A stretch of 64,000 nt of DNA from an uncultured Chroococcidiopsis sp. (GCA_964248365.1 CAXTYC010000001.1:64001-128000); one strand, 5' to 3'; counted from the first letter of the stretch, positions 1-11,232 are shown. Translations and numbers: made by a program. The notes: generated by a model from the letters alone, not told the origin.

Positions 1-1
1 A

Positions 2-187
2 GCAGTAAAAACCCCCGTACTTGAGAAGGCTGAGGATGTAGCAGAGGCAATTTGGCAAGCACTCCACAATCAGCAGTCTGATAAAATTGTTGGCACAGCG
101 AAAGTATCGAAGACAGCTTATAAGTTTTTTCCTGGGTTAATGCAGGCACTGTTTCGACGCATCTTTGGCATGAGCGATCGCCGCTAA
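2..187 (+). CDS. 3' end of a probable SDR-family oxidoreductase (truncated by window edge)
   Basis: Open frame ...PVLEKAEDVAEAIWQAL...FPGLMQALFRRIFG ending TAA at 185-187; resembles an SDR C-terminus. Confidence 0.5.
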   Translation, partial: AVKTPVLEKAEDVAEAIWQALHNQQSDKIVGTAKVSKTAYKFFPGLMQALFRRIFGMSDRR

Positions 188-298
188 TCTCATCCTAGTT
201 TAATACTTTTTGTTATGGCAGCAGGGGGAGCTGGGGGAGAAAAGAAAGCAGGGGGAGCAAAGGGTAGCAGGGGTAGCAGGGGGAGAAAAGAACAATCT

Positions 299-332
299 TA
301 CCAACTACCAACTACCAACTACCAATTACCCA
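299..332. repeat. STRR-like heptamer tandem repeat (TACCAAC)n
   Basis: taccaac x3 followed by taccaat/taccc, between convergent genes. Confidence 0.8.
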
Positions 333-1199
333 TTACCCATTACCAAGAAATTCTCGCATATACTGATTAACTAATTGGGGCTGTTCCTGCTGTACCCAGT
401 GACTAGCATCAGCAATATATTTAATTTGAAAGTTTCTTACATAAGCTTCGGTTCCATAGGATAGTTCCTTTCCCAACGCAGTATCTTTTTCTCCCCAAAT
501 CATCAAAGTTGGAACTTCAAGAATACCCCAATCTGGGTTGAGCATTCGCTGCCCAAAAATATTGCGGTAATAATTCAGCATAGCTGTCATAGCACCGCGT
601 TTAGCAGCTGCATCTTTATAAGCTTCTAAATCTTCCCTAGTGATAGCGCCCTTATTTACAGCCATTCCCTTGAGCGCAGTTTCAATTGCCTGGTAATCTG
701 CTGATTGGATGAGTAATTCTGGTAGCAAGGGTAGCTGAAACAAAAACATATAAGAGCTACGTAACAGTTGTTGTGGGTTGCGTATACCTTGAGCAAACTT
801 CGCTGGGTGAGGCATATTCAGCACAATCAACCGCTCTACCATTTCAGGGTGTGCGTAGGCAAAATTCCAGGCGATCGCTCCACCCCAATCATGTCCAACT
901 AGGACACACTTATCATATCCCAGCCCCTTAATTACACCCTCGATATCTTTAATAAACTCAGCCATCACATAAGCTGATTGATTTGCTGGCTTGTCACTAT
1001 CGTTATAGCCACGCAAGTCAAGCGCAACGACTTTATAATCTTTGGCAAACTCTGGTATTTGGTGTCGCCAAGAGTACCAAAACTCAGGAAATCCATGCAG
1101 CATCAACATCAAGTCACCTTCGCCTTGGGTGACATAGTGCAGCTTGACACCATTGGTAGTAATATATTCGTGCTGCCAAGTACCGAATAGTACAGACAT
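333..1199 (-). CDS. Alpha/beta fold hydrolase (epoxide hydrolase-like)
   Basis: HGFPEFWYSW oxyanion motif, GHDWGG nucleophile Asp, C-terminal His in SHWVQQE. Confidence 0.92.
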   Translation of the reverse strand: MSVLFGTWQHEYITTNGVKLHYVTQGEGDLMLMLHGFPEFWYSWRHQIPEFAKDYKVVALDLRGYNDSDKPANQSAYVMAEFIKDIEGVIKGLGYDKCVLVGHDWGGAIAWNFAYAHPEMVERLIVLNMPHPAKFAQGIRNPQQLLRSSYMFLFQLPLLPELLIQSADYQAIETALKGMAVNKGAITREDLEAYKDAAAKRGAMTAMLNYYRNIFGQRMLNPDWGILEVPTLMIWGEKDTALGKELSYGTEAYVRNFQIKYIADASHWVQQEQPQLVNQYMREFLGNG

Positions 1200-1529
1200 C
1201 TACAATACTCCTCACGAGATACACGCGCTGATGATTTAAGTATTGTCTCTTATTCAAAGCAAAAACATCTGTAAAGAGAAAGTATCACCTACTTTTATCA
1301 CAATAAAAGCTACTCACTTAGACAGATGTAATTTTTGCTCCATTATTATCTTAATGAGGCATTCGCAACAACCCTACCGTGCTTGCATATTGGGTATTGC
1401 AACACCCAGTTCAGTTTATATGATGATGCAGATGCAGTATCGCCGTATAGATCCAACTTAAAATTAAATAATGCTAGAACCTCTTTGTTTCTCTTAGCGC
1501 CTTTGCGTCTTTGCGCGACACTCCCTATT

Positions 1530-2636
1530 ATGACTATATGCAACACCATGCGCGGCGTATGGATAACCAAGACGGATAGTCAAGTTCTCAGTTCCCAGCA
1601 AAACATTAGCGAGGCGATGGACTTCCTTGCCGAAACGGGATTTAATGTAGTGTTTCCCGTTGTTTGGAATAAAGGAGTTACACTTTATCCCAGTATCGTC
1701 ATGCGATCGCTATTTGGTGTTGAAATCGATCCGCGATATACTGGGCGAGATTTGCTAGCGGAAGTAATTAGCGAAGCGCGACGAGTTGGAATCAAAGTTA
1801 TCCCTTGGTTTGAATACGGATTCGCCAGTTCTTACAATTTGAATGGGGGAATGATACTGGCGAAAAAACCCCTGTGGACAGCGCGCGATCGCAATGGTAA
1901 TTTACTCAAAAAGAACGGTTTCGAGTGGATGAATGCACTCGACTCCCAAGTGCAAAACTTCCTGTTAAGTTTGGTGCTGGAAGTCGTTAAAAACTATGAT
2001 GTTGACGGTATTCAAGGAGACGATCGCTTGCCTGCACTTCCCTGTGAAGGAGGTTATGATGAAGGAACTGTCGAGCGTTACCGCCTGGAATTTAACCAAA
2101 ATCCGCCCCAGAACCCCAAAGATAAGCAATGGCTTGAGTGGCGTGCTAATATTCTCACAGATTTCTTGGCTCGTCTATACCAACAGGTAAAAGCCGTCAA
2201 TCCAAATCTTTTGGTGTCACTTGCTCCTAGTATATACGATTGGGGACTTAGGGAATACCTTCAAGATTCTAAAACTTGGCTGGAAAGAGGAATAGTAGAT
2301 ATTATCCACCCGCAAATTTATCGCCGCGACTTTGAAAGCTACAAACGGGAAGTAGATAAACTTGTCAAGCAGTTTAGCTCACAACTAGGGAAAATTGCAC
2401 CAGGTATTTTGATCAAAATTGGCTCGTATCGCATTAGCCCTGATTATTTGTTGCAGGCGATGGCTTACAATCGGTCTTGCGGCATTCAAGGTGAGGTGTT
2501 TTTCTTCTACGAAGGTTTGCGAGAAGATAACAACTTAGCTCAGGTGTTACAAAATTATTATGCTAGTAGCAGTGTAGTCAGCAATCGGAGAAAGGGTATT
2601 CAGGGTTTGTTCAGGTTTTGGGAAAATTTCTTTTAA
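1530..2636 (+). CDS. Glycoside hydrolase family 10-like (YddW/GHL10) protein
   Basis: MRGVWIT, IPWFEYGF, YDVDGIQGDD, PQIYR motifs; ATG at 1530 is a more plausible start than the ORF-track TTG at 1335. Confidence 0.85.
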   Translation: MTICNTMRGVWITKTDSQVLSSQQNISEAMDFLAETGFNVVFPVVWNKGVTLYPSIVMRSLFGVEIDPRYTGRDLLAEVISEARRVGIKVIPWFEYGFASSYNLNGGMILAKKPLWTARDRNGNLLKKNGFEWMNALDSQVQNFLLSLVLEVVKNYDVDGIQGDDRLPALPCEGGYDEGTVERYRLEFNQNPPQNPKDKQWLEWRANILTDFLARLYQQVKAVNPNLLVSLAPSIYDWGLREYLQDSKTWLERGIVDIIHPQIYRRDFESYKREVDKLVKQFSSQLGKIAPGILIKIGSYRISPDYLLQAMAYNRSCGIQGEVFFFYEGLREDNNLAQVLQNYYASSSVVSNRRKGIQGLFRFWENFF

Positions 2637-2647
2637 GAAGTGACACA

Positions 2648-3062
2648 GTGAAACAATTGCAAGTCAAACGAGTAATTGAAACGCTCAAAACTTGATCTAC
2701 CAACACTGGAGGAGCAAGATATCTCGTACGACATTTATTCAAGAGATATCTACTTTCAAGATCCAGTTAACAAATTCAAAGGCAAAATAAATTATCGAAT
2801 TATATTTTGGACTTTGCGATTTCATGCTAAGCTATTTTTTACCCAAATCTACTTCGATCTGCATGATGTAAAGCAGGTAGATGATACTATTTTAGCTAAT
2901 TGGACAGTACGGGGCGTTTTGCGTGTACCTTGGAGAGCTAAGATTTTCTTCAATGGCTACTCGACATATAAACTTAATCAAGACAACTTGATATACGAAC
3001 ACATTGATACTTGGGATCGTAAACCAAGTGAGATTTTGCAGCAGTTTTTCCGCAAAGGATGA
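2648..3062 (+). pseudogene. DUF2358 (NTF2/SnoaL-like) protein with a +1 frameshift near the 5' end (or sequencing error)
   Basis: GTG at 2648 reads KQLQVKRVIETLK then stops; removing one A from the AAAA at 2687-2690 joins it to LDLPTL..DISYDIY..FQDPVNKFKG..HIDTWD. Confidence 0.65.
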
Positions 3063-3513
3063 TATAGGGAATTTATAACACTTGTTTTTCGGGTGTAGGG
3101 ACGGCTTCTACAAAAATCTTTAATCACAATATATTCCCCTAAAACCTGCCCCTACGTCTGATGGATACAAAAGAGTTCGTGCAAGAGCGGGGCGATCGCA
3201 GACACTCGCTTTGCTATATATTGTACCAACAATTTTTTAACTTTAGGGTAATAGCCTAATAGCTCGTAAAATTACTGAAGATCAAGCGATCGCATGGTCA
3301 AATTCACCAAATTCCTCAGTGAAATTGCGATTGGATAAGGGGCAAAGCAAAGGATAAGTTGATAACCAATTGTCTCGTGTCCTATCAACAGAGCAGAGGG
3401 AGCAAAGGAAAGGATGAAGGATAAAGGATAAAGGGTAAAGAGGTATTGCGGTAAAGGTAATTTCCCCCCCAGCTCCCCCAGCTCTTCTTTTGCGCCCCTA
3501 TTGAAACCCAAAC

Positions 3514-5013
3514 ATGAAAAACTTACCTTTAATATCTTCGCCTGCTCAATCACGGCAGGTAAAGCAGCAGTTTGCCAGCCCAGAAGAGTACCTATCTTAT
3601 GAATTGGGTAAAGCAGTTAAAGAATTACCGCCTTTGTATACGCGAGCATTAGCAGGAAGCATTAGCTTAATAATGTTTGGAACGATCGCGTGGGCGCATT
3701 TTAGCCAAGTAGATGAAGTGGCGGTAGCCAATGGTGAATTGATTGCTTCGTTGCAGGTGCGACCAGTGCGATCGCTCGGTGAGGGTACAATTACAGATGT
3801 CAAAATTAAAGAAGGCGATCGCGTCCACAAAGGCGATATCCTAATTGAACGTAACCCAGACTTGCCCCAAGCAGAAGTCAATCGCCTCGCCAAATCTACT
3901 CAACTAATTCGGGAAGACATAAAACGCTTAGAGGCAGAAAGAACTGGCGGGGTAACTGCTGGAACCCAGCTACAAGATCAACTCCTCAGTTCGCGCCTAA
4001 AAGACTTTGAAGCTCGTCAAGCCGCTGCTATAGCAGAAGCAAATCGCCAAGCAGCAGTGATTAATGAAGCTAAAGTTCGCCTCGCTCGTCTGCAAGAAAA
4101 CCTTACCAATGCCAAAACTAATCTAGTCAACGCCAAAACTAATGTAGCCAATGCCGAAGGCGTTTTGATCAAAGGTAAAAGTATGCTCACCAACGCCCAA
4201 AAACGGGAACAAGGACTTCGTACCCTACAAGTTGAGGGTGCTACACCCCGAATCGATTACCTAGATGCCCAATCCGGCGTATTTCAGGCTCAAACTTACG
4301 TTACCAGATCTGAAGACGCTATTACTAATGCACAAGATAAAGTTACTGAAGCACAAGATAAAGTAGAGTCTACAGCAAAAGATATTGCAGGTCAGATGCA
4401 ACAAATTCGGCAAGCAGAACAAGCATATAAAAGCGCTGTTAACAAATCTGAACAATTAGGATCTGAACGCCAGAGCGAAATTATAACTCAACTCAACAAA
4501 CGACGAGAAGATTTGACTACGGTAGAAGGTCAGCTACAGGAAGCAAGGAAGCAGCAAGACAAAGAGACGATCAAAGCTCCAGTGAGTGGCACAATTTACA
4601 GCGTCAAAGCAACTCGTGGTCCTGTGCAGTCTGGTGAGGAATTACTTTCTATTTTGCCAGAAGGCGAACAGCTATTGCTAGAAGTCAAAGTGCTTAACCG
4701 TGATATTGGATTTATTCGTCAGGGGATGAAAGTCAAAGTGAAAATGGCGACATTTCCATTTCAGGAATTTGGTATAATTGACGCAGAGGTAGTGCAAATT
4801 AGCCCGAATGCGATCGTTGATAAAGATTTAGGCTTAGTTTTTCCTACCAGAGTTAAGCTCAGTAAACACTCAATTAGAGTGCGGGGCAAAGACGTAGAAC
4901 TTACTCCAGGTATGTCAGCAACTGGAGAAATTGTAACACGTAAGAAATCAGTTTTGACCTTCATCACCGAACCTGTCACTCGTCGTTTCAGCGAGGCACT
5001 TTCAGTCAGGTAG
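3514..5013 (+). CDS. HlyD-family type I secretion membrane fusion protein
   Basis: N-terminal TM, VKEGDRV.KGD lipoyl half-motif, long coiled coil, IKAPVSG, FPFQEFG, LTPGMSATGEI. Confidence 0.93.
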   Translation: MKNLPLISSPAQSRQVKQQFASPEEYLSYELGKAVKELPPLYTRALAGSISLIMFGTIAWAHFSQVDEVAVANGELIASLQVRPVRSLGEGTITDVKIKEGDRVHKGDILIERNPDLPQAEVNRLAKSTQLIREDIKRLEAERTGGVTAGTQLQDQLLSSRLKDFEARQAAAIAEANRQAAVINEAKVRLARLQENLTNAKTNLVNAKTNVANAEGVLIKGKSMLTNAQKREQGLRTLQVEGATPRIDYLDAQSGVFQAQTYVTRSEDAITNAQDKVTEAQDKVESTAKDIAGQMQQIRQAEQAYKSAVNKSEQLGSERQSEIITQLNKRREDLTTVEGQLQEARKQQDKETIKAPVSGTIYSVKATRGPVQSGEELLSILPEGEQLLLEVKVLNRDIGFIRQGMKVKVKMATFPFQEFGIIDAEVVQISPNAIVDKDLGLVFPTRVKLSKHSIRVRGKDVELTPGMSATGEIVTRKKSVLTFITEPVTRRFSEALSVR

Positions 5014-5028
5014 GTTATACTTACATCT

Positions 5029-5331
5029 TGCACCTGCGATAAATTCCGCATTGAACTAAAGTTCAAAACTCATAGCTCAAGTTCATTCAAATGGACTTAG
5101 AAATATACGTAGGGTGCGTTACGCCAAAGGCTAACGCATCACACTAAGTTTCTGGTGCGTAACGCAATCGCGTCACGCACCCTACCCATACTTGCACCTG
5201 CGTTAAATTCCGCATTGAACTTCAGTTCAAAGCTCATAGCTCAAGTCCATTCAAATGGACTTAAACCTTCAGTTAGTCTTCTTGAGAAGACGAGTGCTAT
5301 TAGCCCGCCAATTAATTGGCGGGCGAGTATC
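5029..5331. repeat. Composite intergenic repeat: two ~70-bp direct copies flanking a GTAG-type REP palindrome pair
   Basis: tgcacctgcg..ccgcattgaact..agttcaa..ctcatagctcaagt.cattcaaatggactt at ~5029 and ~5193; gtagggtgcgttacgc...acgcaccctac between them. Confidence 0.75.
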
Positions 5332-5359
5332 GGCACTAGTGTAGGATCTAAGTTATACC

Positions 5360-5395
5360 AAAACTGAGTCAAAAACCTACTTCTGACTCAGTTTT
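5360..5395. terminator. Bidirectional intrinsic terminator
   Basis: aaaactgagtca-loop-tgactcagtttt hairpin between convergent genes. Confidence 0.75.
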
Positions 5396-5419
5396 AATTG
5401 ATTAGAAATCTAACCCTTG

Positions 5420-6631
5420 TTACCGATTTAACCCAGACTGACTCGCTGAAACTGTCAGGGTGTAGTTAATATTACCACTGGTTGTATAATACGGATAGAC
5501 TCGGATGTAGTAAGTACCAGGATATAGTATATCACTTATTGACTCTGATCTGGTGCTACCGTTAGTCGAACTATCGATTAGCAGATCATTATTAAGATCA
5601 AGCACATTATTATTATTTGTCTCTTCATATAGCTTCACATCAGCATCACCGCTCAGACGATTCAGAGTAAGGTTAAAGTATCTGGTGTCAGACAAAGTAA
5701 AGCGATAAACGTCATTGAGGTCAGTAGGACTTACAGTTCCGCTACGGCTTAGTTGACTACTTAAGACACCAAAGTCTTCTACAGGAGTTAGGGTAGGGGT
5801 ATCGCTTGAATTTGAGCCGCTGCTTCCAGCAGATATGGTTTGAGTGGAGTTGATGGAAGGATTGTAGGATCTATAGACGGGAGCGAAAGATGAATTTCCT
5901 GGGCTACTTTGGCGACCTTCCCCATGTCCATAAACATCAAAGTGTTGCAGTGCCATTTGATTGTCGAAACCTGCTGCCTTTAAGTCAGGATTATGATCGA
6001 GATAATACCTGACATCGAAATTCTCTGAGGAGGTGCGCCCCTCACTCAATCCATAAAGCTCAAAGTGTTCTAATCGTTGCCTGTGATTCTGGTTGTGTGG
6101 TGCTAAATCTGGGTTTGCTTTGAGATAGTAGTTGCTATCAAAGACAAGCGAATATCTGCGTCCTTCAGCTAAACCATTTTTTACCAAATGCTCAAGTAGT
6201 TGTCTATTGTCGAAGTTTCTTGCAAGTAGGTCGGGGTTGACACCTCGATAGAGGTCGAGGTCAACAAATGGTGAAAAGTGGCGTTCTTCCCGCACACCAT
6301 AAGTTTGCAGATGATTAAATAATTCCTCGTTGTTCATATCGGCTAAGTCGTAATTGTTAGCACGATAGTAGTTGAGGTCAACAAAAGGTGAGAAGCGCCG
6401 TCCCTCGGCTACACCACTGTTTTGCAGATGATTGAATAATTGACGGTTGTCTAAGTTAGCTAGGTCTGGGTTACTAGCGCGATAAAAGTTAAGCTCGACA
6501 AAGGGTGAGAAAGTACGTCCTTCGTTCAAACCATTATTCAGCAAATGTGAAAGGGCTTGTGCATCAGTGAAGCGGCGTAGGTCAGGATTAGCGGAGCGAT
6601 AGAAATTAGCGTCGAATAAGTTTACAGCCAT
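5420..6631 (-). CDS. Putative surface/secreted protein: ~39-aa tandem repeats plus one C-terminal PPC-like beta-sandwich domain
   Basis: Repeats FSPFVDLxxYRxxNxDL...HL..xG..EGR; C-terminal DVYRFTL..L.L..LSGDAD..LY..PGTYYIRV..NYTLTV. Confidence 0.8.
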   Translation of the reverse strand: MAVNLFDANFYRSANPDLRRFTDAQALSHLLNNGLNEGRTFSPFVELNFYRASNPDLANLDNRQLFNHLQNSGVAEGRRFSPFVDLNYYRANNYDLADMNNEELFNHLQTYGVREERHFSPFVDLDLYRGVNPDLLARNFDNRQLLEHLVKNGLAEGRRYSLVFDSNYYLKANPDLAPHNQNHRQRLEHFELYGLSEGRTSSENFDVRYYLDHNPDLKAAGFDNQMALQHFDVYGHGEGRQSSPGNSSFAPVYRSYNPSINSTQTISAGSSGSNSSDTPTLTPVEDFGVLSSQLSRSGTVSPTDLNDVYRFTLSDTRYFNLTLNRLSGDADVKLYEETNNNNVLDLNNDLLIDSSTNGSTRSESISDILYPGTYYIRVYPYYTTSGNINYTLTVSASQSGLNR

Positions 6632-7142
6632 AGTTTATGTTTTAAGAAATACAGATTATCTTTATAATTTGCCCTCCCTAATTGAGTCTTGAGAACCCAG
6701 AAATAACTGATTTTTAATAATTGCAAATATATATTTTTTAAGTGGTTGTACGTAAAAGATATGTAATTAAATTTATAAAGTTAACTTCAAAAATGTAGAT
6801 GGTTATGTAAAATTGAGGTGAAGAGCGGCTTGGTAAGCCCTAGAGCGATCGCAAATAATTTACAGTGATAAATTGTCATAAAACAATTACCAGAGGAAAA
6901 GGAAGAAAAAGCTAGAGCAATAAGTGAACTAGCACTTCGGCGATCGCCTAAAAATATCAAAAACGGATGTTAGACATTCGATAAGCACCATAAGACTTGA
7001 TCCCCCCGCCCCTTGCGACCCCCTTTTAAAGGGGGTAGAAGAATTAAGTCCCTCTTTTGGGGGAATTGCAAGGTTTTTGCATTGCTAAGAAAATATTGAG
7101 TGGAGAGGTGTAATCACTTTGGTATAATTCCAAGTATTAAGC

Positions 7143-7180
7143 AAAATACCTCAAAAGTTTATTTGCTTTTGAGGTATTTT
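7143..7180. terminator. Intrinsic terminator downstream of the 7214-9346 gene
   Basis: aaaatacctcaaaag-loop-cttttgaggtatttt. Confidence 0.75.
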
Positions 7181-7213
7181 CAAATGGTAGCTAAATTATC
7201 TGTAGAAGCAAGC

Positions 7214-9346
7214 TTATGTTGCAGATAAATCTAGAGTGTAAAATGTATTAAACTGTGAGGAATATTCTAAGACTTCTAGATAATATGTGCCTGCATTCAA
7301 GGTTTTACTAAATGATTTAGGGGAGCTAGAACTGTCAGTTGGTGTCAAAAATTCTCCAAAATCAATTTGACTATTGCTGTTGCTGTCGTAAATTAGCAGC
7401 AAATCGGCACGATCATTTAAGCTGTTGAGGTTAAAATTGACGTTGCTGGTATGGTCTAGGGTAAAACGGTAGTAGTCTACTTTATCAACAACACCTACGT
7501 ACTGTGTGAAGTTGCGATCGCCACTTAAAAGACCTACATTGTAGGCAGTACTAAGAGTGTCGCCAGGATCTGGGATAGAAGGTTTGGTAGTGGTGGGAGT
7601 TGCAGATAAGCTCAGATTGTAGTTGGTGTTAGAGGAAGTGTAGTTAGTGTAATAATCGGGGAGGGAATTATCAGTAGTGTAGTTAATGCTATTGGAACTA
7701 CTGTAGTTAGTAGTATTGGTAGGGGTATTAAAGGAGTTAGAGTAGCTAATTGAATAAACATGAATATAATATGTTCCTGCACCTAGAGTTTCAGAAATTG
7801 GGTTGGGGTTGTCACTGTTATATCCTGCTATAAAATCATTTCCATCCAAGCTTGGCAGTAGATTAATATAACCATTGCCGTAGAGATCGTAATAAAGTCC
7901 AGCAGTGATTGGTTCAGTAAAGCCGCTAAAGTCTAAGCTGATATTAGTGGTGTCAGTCAGGGTGAAGCGGTAGTAGTCATCTTTGTCACTCGTGCCTATA
8001 AACTCCCTACTGACGTTACTAGTGCCACTCGTAAGGTCAAGATCGTAAGCAGTATTTAGACTATCACCAGGATCTGTTGGAAGTGTACTAGGCGTGGGAC
8101 TTGCTGACAAGTTCAAAGTGTAATTGCTGTCAGATGCAGATGCATCTGTGTAGACATGAATGTAATATGTACCTGCACCTAAAGTTTTACTAATTGGCTG
8201 GGAACCAGAAATCGTATAGGTTGATGCCACATCTTCCTCGGAAGTAACGAAAGCGCCGTTTGGGGCGATAGTCGTATATGTATCATATTGACCGTTGCCG
8301 TTAGCATCGAAAATGATATCTGCATAAGCGCGATCGCTGCTAAGGTTTAAGTTGAATTCACTAGTGGTAGCCAGAGTGAAAGCCATGTAGTCATCACGGT
8401 CATTAGCGCCGACAAACCCTTTTATACTGCTTTGCCTATTTAGAATACCAAGGTTAAATGCAGTATTGAGAGTGTTATCTGGTTCTGTTGGCAGAATTTC
8501 ACGCGGTGGCGCACCAGTGCGTCCCTCCCGAAAACCGTATATTTCAAAGTGCTGTTGCGCTTGCTGATAATCAAATGCCGCCTTTAAGTCAGTATTATAA
8601 TTTAGGTAGAATTGGACATTGAAAGATTCGGAAGAGGCACGTCCCTCAGCTAGTCCATAACGCCCAAAGTGTTGTAGTAGTTGGGAGTTATTTAAACTTG
8701 CTAAATCTGGATTGGCATTGCGATAGTAATTGCTATCAAAGGAAACTGAATAACGTCGTCCCTCCCCTATGCCATAGCTGATTAAATGCTCAAGCAGTTG
8801 TTTATTGTCGAAGCGTTTTGCAGATAGGTCGGGGTTGGCTACTCGATAAATATTGAGGTCAATAAATGGTGAGAAGCGCCGTCCTTCGGTTTCACCATAG
8901 TTGAGCAGATGATCGAATAATTGCTCATTGTTAAAGCTAGCAAGGTCACTGTTGTAGGTGCGATAGAAGTTGAGGTCAACCAAGGGTGAGAAGCGCCGTC
9001 CTTCAGAGAGGGCATATTTGTGCAGATGATCGAATAATTGCTCATTGTTAAAGCTAGCAAGGTCGCTGTTGTAGGCGCGATAGAAGTTGAGGTTAACCAA
9101 GGGCGAAAAGCGTCGTCCCTCAGCAATACCATAATTTTGTAAATGGTCAAACAATTGGCGGTTGTCAAAGGAACCAAGGTCTGAATTACTAGCTCGATAA
9201 AAATTGAGATCTACAAATGGTGAGAAAGCACGTCCTTCACTTAGACCATAGGTTTGAAAATGTGACAATGCTTGTGCATCGTTGAAACTAGCCAAGTCAC
9301 GGTTAGCAACGCGATAAAAATTCGCGTCAAATAAGTTTACCGTCAT
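7214..9346 (-). CDS. Paralogous repeat protein: 39-aa repeats plus three PPC-like domains
   Basis: 117-bp DNA-level tandem units at ~8870-9240; three D.DYY.FTL...GTYY modules. Confidence 0.82.
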   Translation of the reverse strand: MTVNLFDANFYRVANRDLASFNDAQALSHFQTYGLSEGRAFSPFVDLNFYRASNSDLGSFDNRQLFDHLQNYGIAEGRRFSPLVNLNFYRAYNSDLASFNNEQLFDHLHKYALSEGRRFSPLVDLNFYRTYNSDLASFNNEQLFDHLLNYGETEGRRFSPFIDLNIYRVANPDLSAKRFDNKQLLEHLISYGIGEGRRYSVSFDSNYYRNANPDLASLNNSQLLQHFGRYGLAEGRASSESFNVQFYLNYNTDLKAAFDYQQAQQHFEIYGFREGRTGAPPREILPTEPDNTLNTAFNLGILNRQSSIKGFVGANDRDDYMAFTLATTSEFNLNLSSDRAYADIIFDANGNGQYDTYTTIAPNGAFVTSEEDVASTYTISGSQPISKTLGAGTYYIHVYTDASASDSNYTLNLSASPTPSTLPTDPGDSLNTAYDLDLTSGTSNVSREFIGTSDKDDYYRFTLTDTTNISLDFSGFTEPITAGLYYDLYGNGYINLLPSLDGNDFIAGYNSDNPNPISETLGAGTYYIHVYSISYSNSFNTPTNTTNYSSSNSINYTTDNSLPDYYTNYTSSNTNYNLSLSATPTTTKPSIPDPGDTLSTAYNVGLLSGDRNFTQYVGVVDKVDYYRFTLDHTSNVNFNLNSLNDRADLLLIYDSNSNSQIDFGEFLTPTDSSSSPKSFSKTLNAGTYYLEVLEYSSQFNTFYTLDLSAT

Positions 9347-9722
9347 AATTTTTGTTATAATATTTACACTTACTCTAAGTGATATTATAGAGGTTGGTGG
9401 CTTTTATTCAAAATAGAATGTATGTATTTTTTATAAAGTTACTCAGTTAATTTAAGTAGATTTATGTAGAAAATGCCATTCAAACAGGTTTGGCTAGTTC
9501 CGATGTTGCGATCGCCAGGATATGATGGGCGATCGTGGTACAATTCCAAGTCAGAAAAGAGCGATCCCACAAACAAAAAAATTCCCCCAGACAATCTGAG
9601 GGATTAGAACAATCAAATATACCAAAGGTAGGGGCGAGTTTAGCTAAAATCTTCACTCTTAACAAATATCCTCGTTAAACCCGCCCTTACTAAATATTTG
9701 TGCAAGAGATCTATTCAAAACA

Positions 9723-10847
9723 TCAAGCAGGACTAGCTTGCATTCTTTGCTGGAGTAGGCGGAGAATTGAGGCTTTTTCCAAAATACCTATTAGTACTCC
9801 ATTCTCACGTACTACAGGTAAAGCCGATCGCTGTTGTTGTTCTAGTAGCATTGCTGCTTCTAGCAGTGTTTGATTTGATTTAACTACAGTTGATGTTTCG
9901 ATGGGTTGCATCACATCTTTGACGTGAGTTTCTGACCACATTGCACTCGAAATTTTTCTCAAATCATCCGGTGCGATCGCGCCTACTAATTGTCCTGCAT
10001 CATCTGTAACTAAGAATCTGCGCCAGCTATTATTGCTAAGGATAGACTCGTCAGCAAATTCTCTCAAAGAAAGATTAGCACAGATGACAGGGCTATCAGG
10101 CGTTACAGCATCAGCTACTGTCAGATCGTTGAGCTTTGCTTGCACTGTAGCAGAAGAAGCAGCCCGACCAGCGTTTTGTAGCAAGAAGAAACCGATTAAC
10201 AAATTCCAGACGTTACCAAAACTACCGTAGGTTAGGAAAGGAATTAACGCACTGGCGATCGCTAACCAACCGATAAATTGACCTGCACGGCTGGCAAAAA
10301 CAACGCCTTTATAAGGATTTCCGGTAATTTTCCAAACTAGCGCCTTGAGGATATTTCCACCATCTAGCGGTAAACCAGGAATTAGGTTATACACTGCCAA
10401 CGCTAAGTTTACATAAGCCAGCGTTCCTAATAATACAGCAAAGGGTGCTGTGAAGGCAATAGTGGCATTAATCGCTGTGAAGATCCCAAACAGCAAAATA
10501 CTGACTAGAGGACCTGCGATCGCCACCCAAAACGCTTGTGCTGGAGTCGTTGACTCTTTTTCTAGGCTTGCAAGACCGCCGAACAGAAACAGAGTAATTG
10601 ATTTAACTGCAATTCCTTGCTTAATAGCTACAAAGCTGTGTCCTAATTCATGCGCTAGGACAGAAGCAAATAACAATAATGCTGTAACTAATCCCAGCAG
10701 CAAAGGTAATCCATTACCCAAGCCTGGAAATTGAGCCGCTATTCCATTAGCATAACTCCAGGTGACTAAACCTAGAATTAAGAACCAGGACGGAGCGACA
10801 TAAAAGGGAATCCCGAACAGATTTCCCACTCGAATATTGCCGTTCAT
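9723..10847 (-). CDS. Site-2 protease (peptidase M50) with CBS domains
   Basis: HELGH, AIAGP, NLIPGLPLDGG, C-terminal CBS pair; start taken at MNGNIRVG. Confidence 0.93.
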   Translation of the reverse strand: MNGNIRVGNLFGIPFYVAPSWFLILGLVTWSYANGIAAQFPGLGNGLPLLLGLVTALLLFASVLAHELGHSFVAIKQGIAVKSITLFLFGGLASLEKESTTPAQAFWVAIAGPLVSILLFGIFTAINATIAFTAPFAVLLGTLAYVNLALAVYNLIPGLPLDGGNILKALVWKITGNPYKGVVFASRAGQFIGWLAIASALIPFLTYGSFGNVWNLLIGFFLLQNAGRAASSATVQAKLNDLTVADAVTPDSPVICANLSLREFADESILSNNSWRRFLVTDDAGQLVGAIAPDDLRKISSAMWSETHVKDVMQPIETSTVVKSNQTLLEAAMLLEQQQRSALPVVRENGVLIGILEKASILRLLQQRMQASPA

Positions 10848-11232
10848 ATTGGCAACCTCTGACTTTAGCTTATTTGAGATGTTTACCACCTCTGTATGTT
10901 CTCATCGTAACGAAATGTAAATAGCTTTTTAATCTTTTAGTTACCGTGATAGCCGTCTGGTTAGGTGCGGTTATTCAGTTACCAGTTATCAGTAGACCTC
11001 GTAGCAATTGTATTTTTTTTGTTTCTCGCAAAGACAAGGACACCCAGGTGGGCGGGTTTCCCGACAGGAGGCAAAGTGTCCGCGCAAAGCCGCAAAGCAA
11101 GGACGCAAAAAGTCCCGAATAGCTCCTTATGCAAGAAGTCTAGTTACCAGTTACCAGTTACCAATACATCCTTTATCCTAGCCTGCGGCAACGCGCGCGA
11201 ACACACTTCATCCTTCATACTTCATAGCTGTT

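Noticed and set aside
1335..1529. N-terminal extension of the GHL10 ORF
   Set aside because: Runs through promoter-like DNA and a CTTTGCG repeat; family similarity begins near 1530
5029..5263. Direct repeats as a CRISPR mini-array
   Set aside because: Only two ~70-bp copies and the spacer is itself a REP-like palindrome
8839..9177. Alternative-frame repetitive ORF
   Set aside because: By-product of the 117-bp tandem repeats of the real gene
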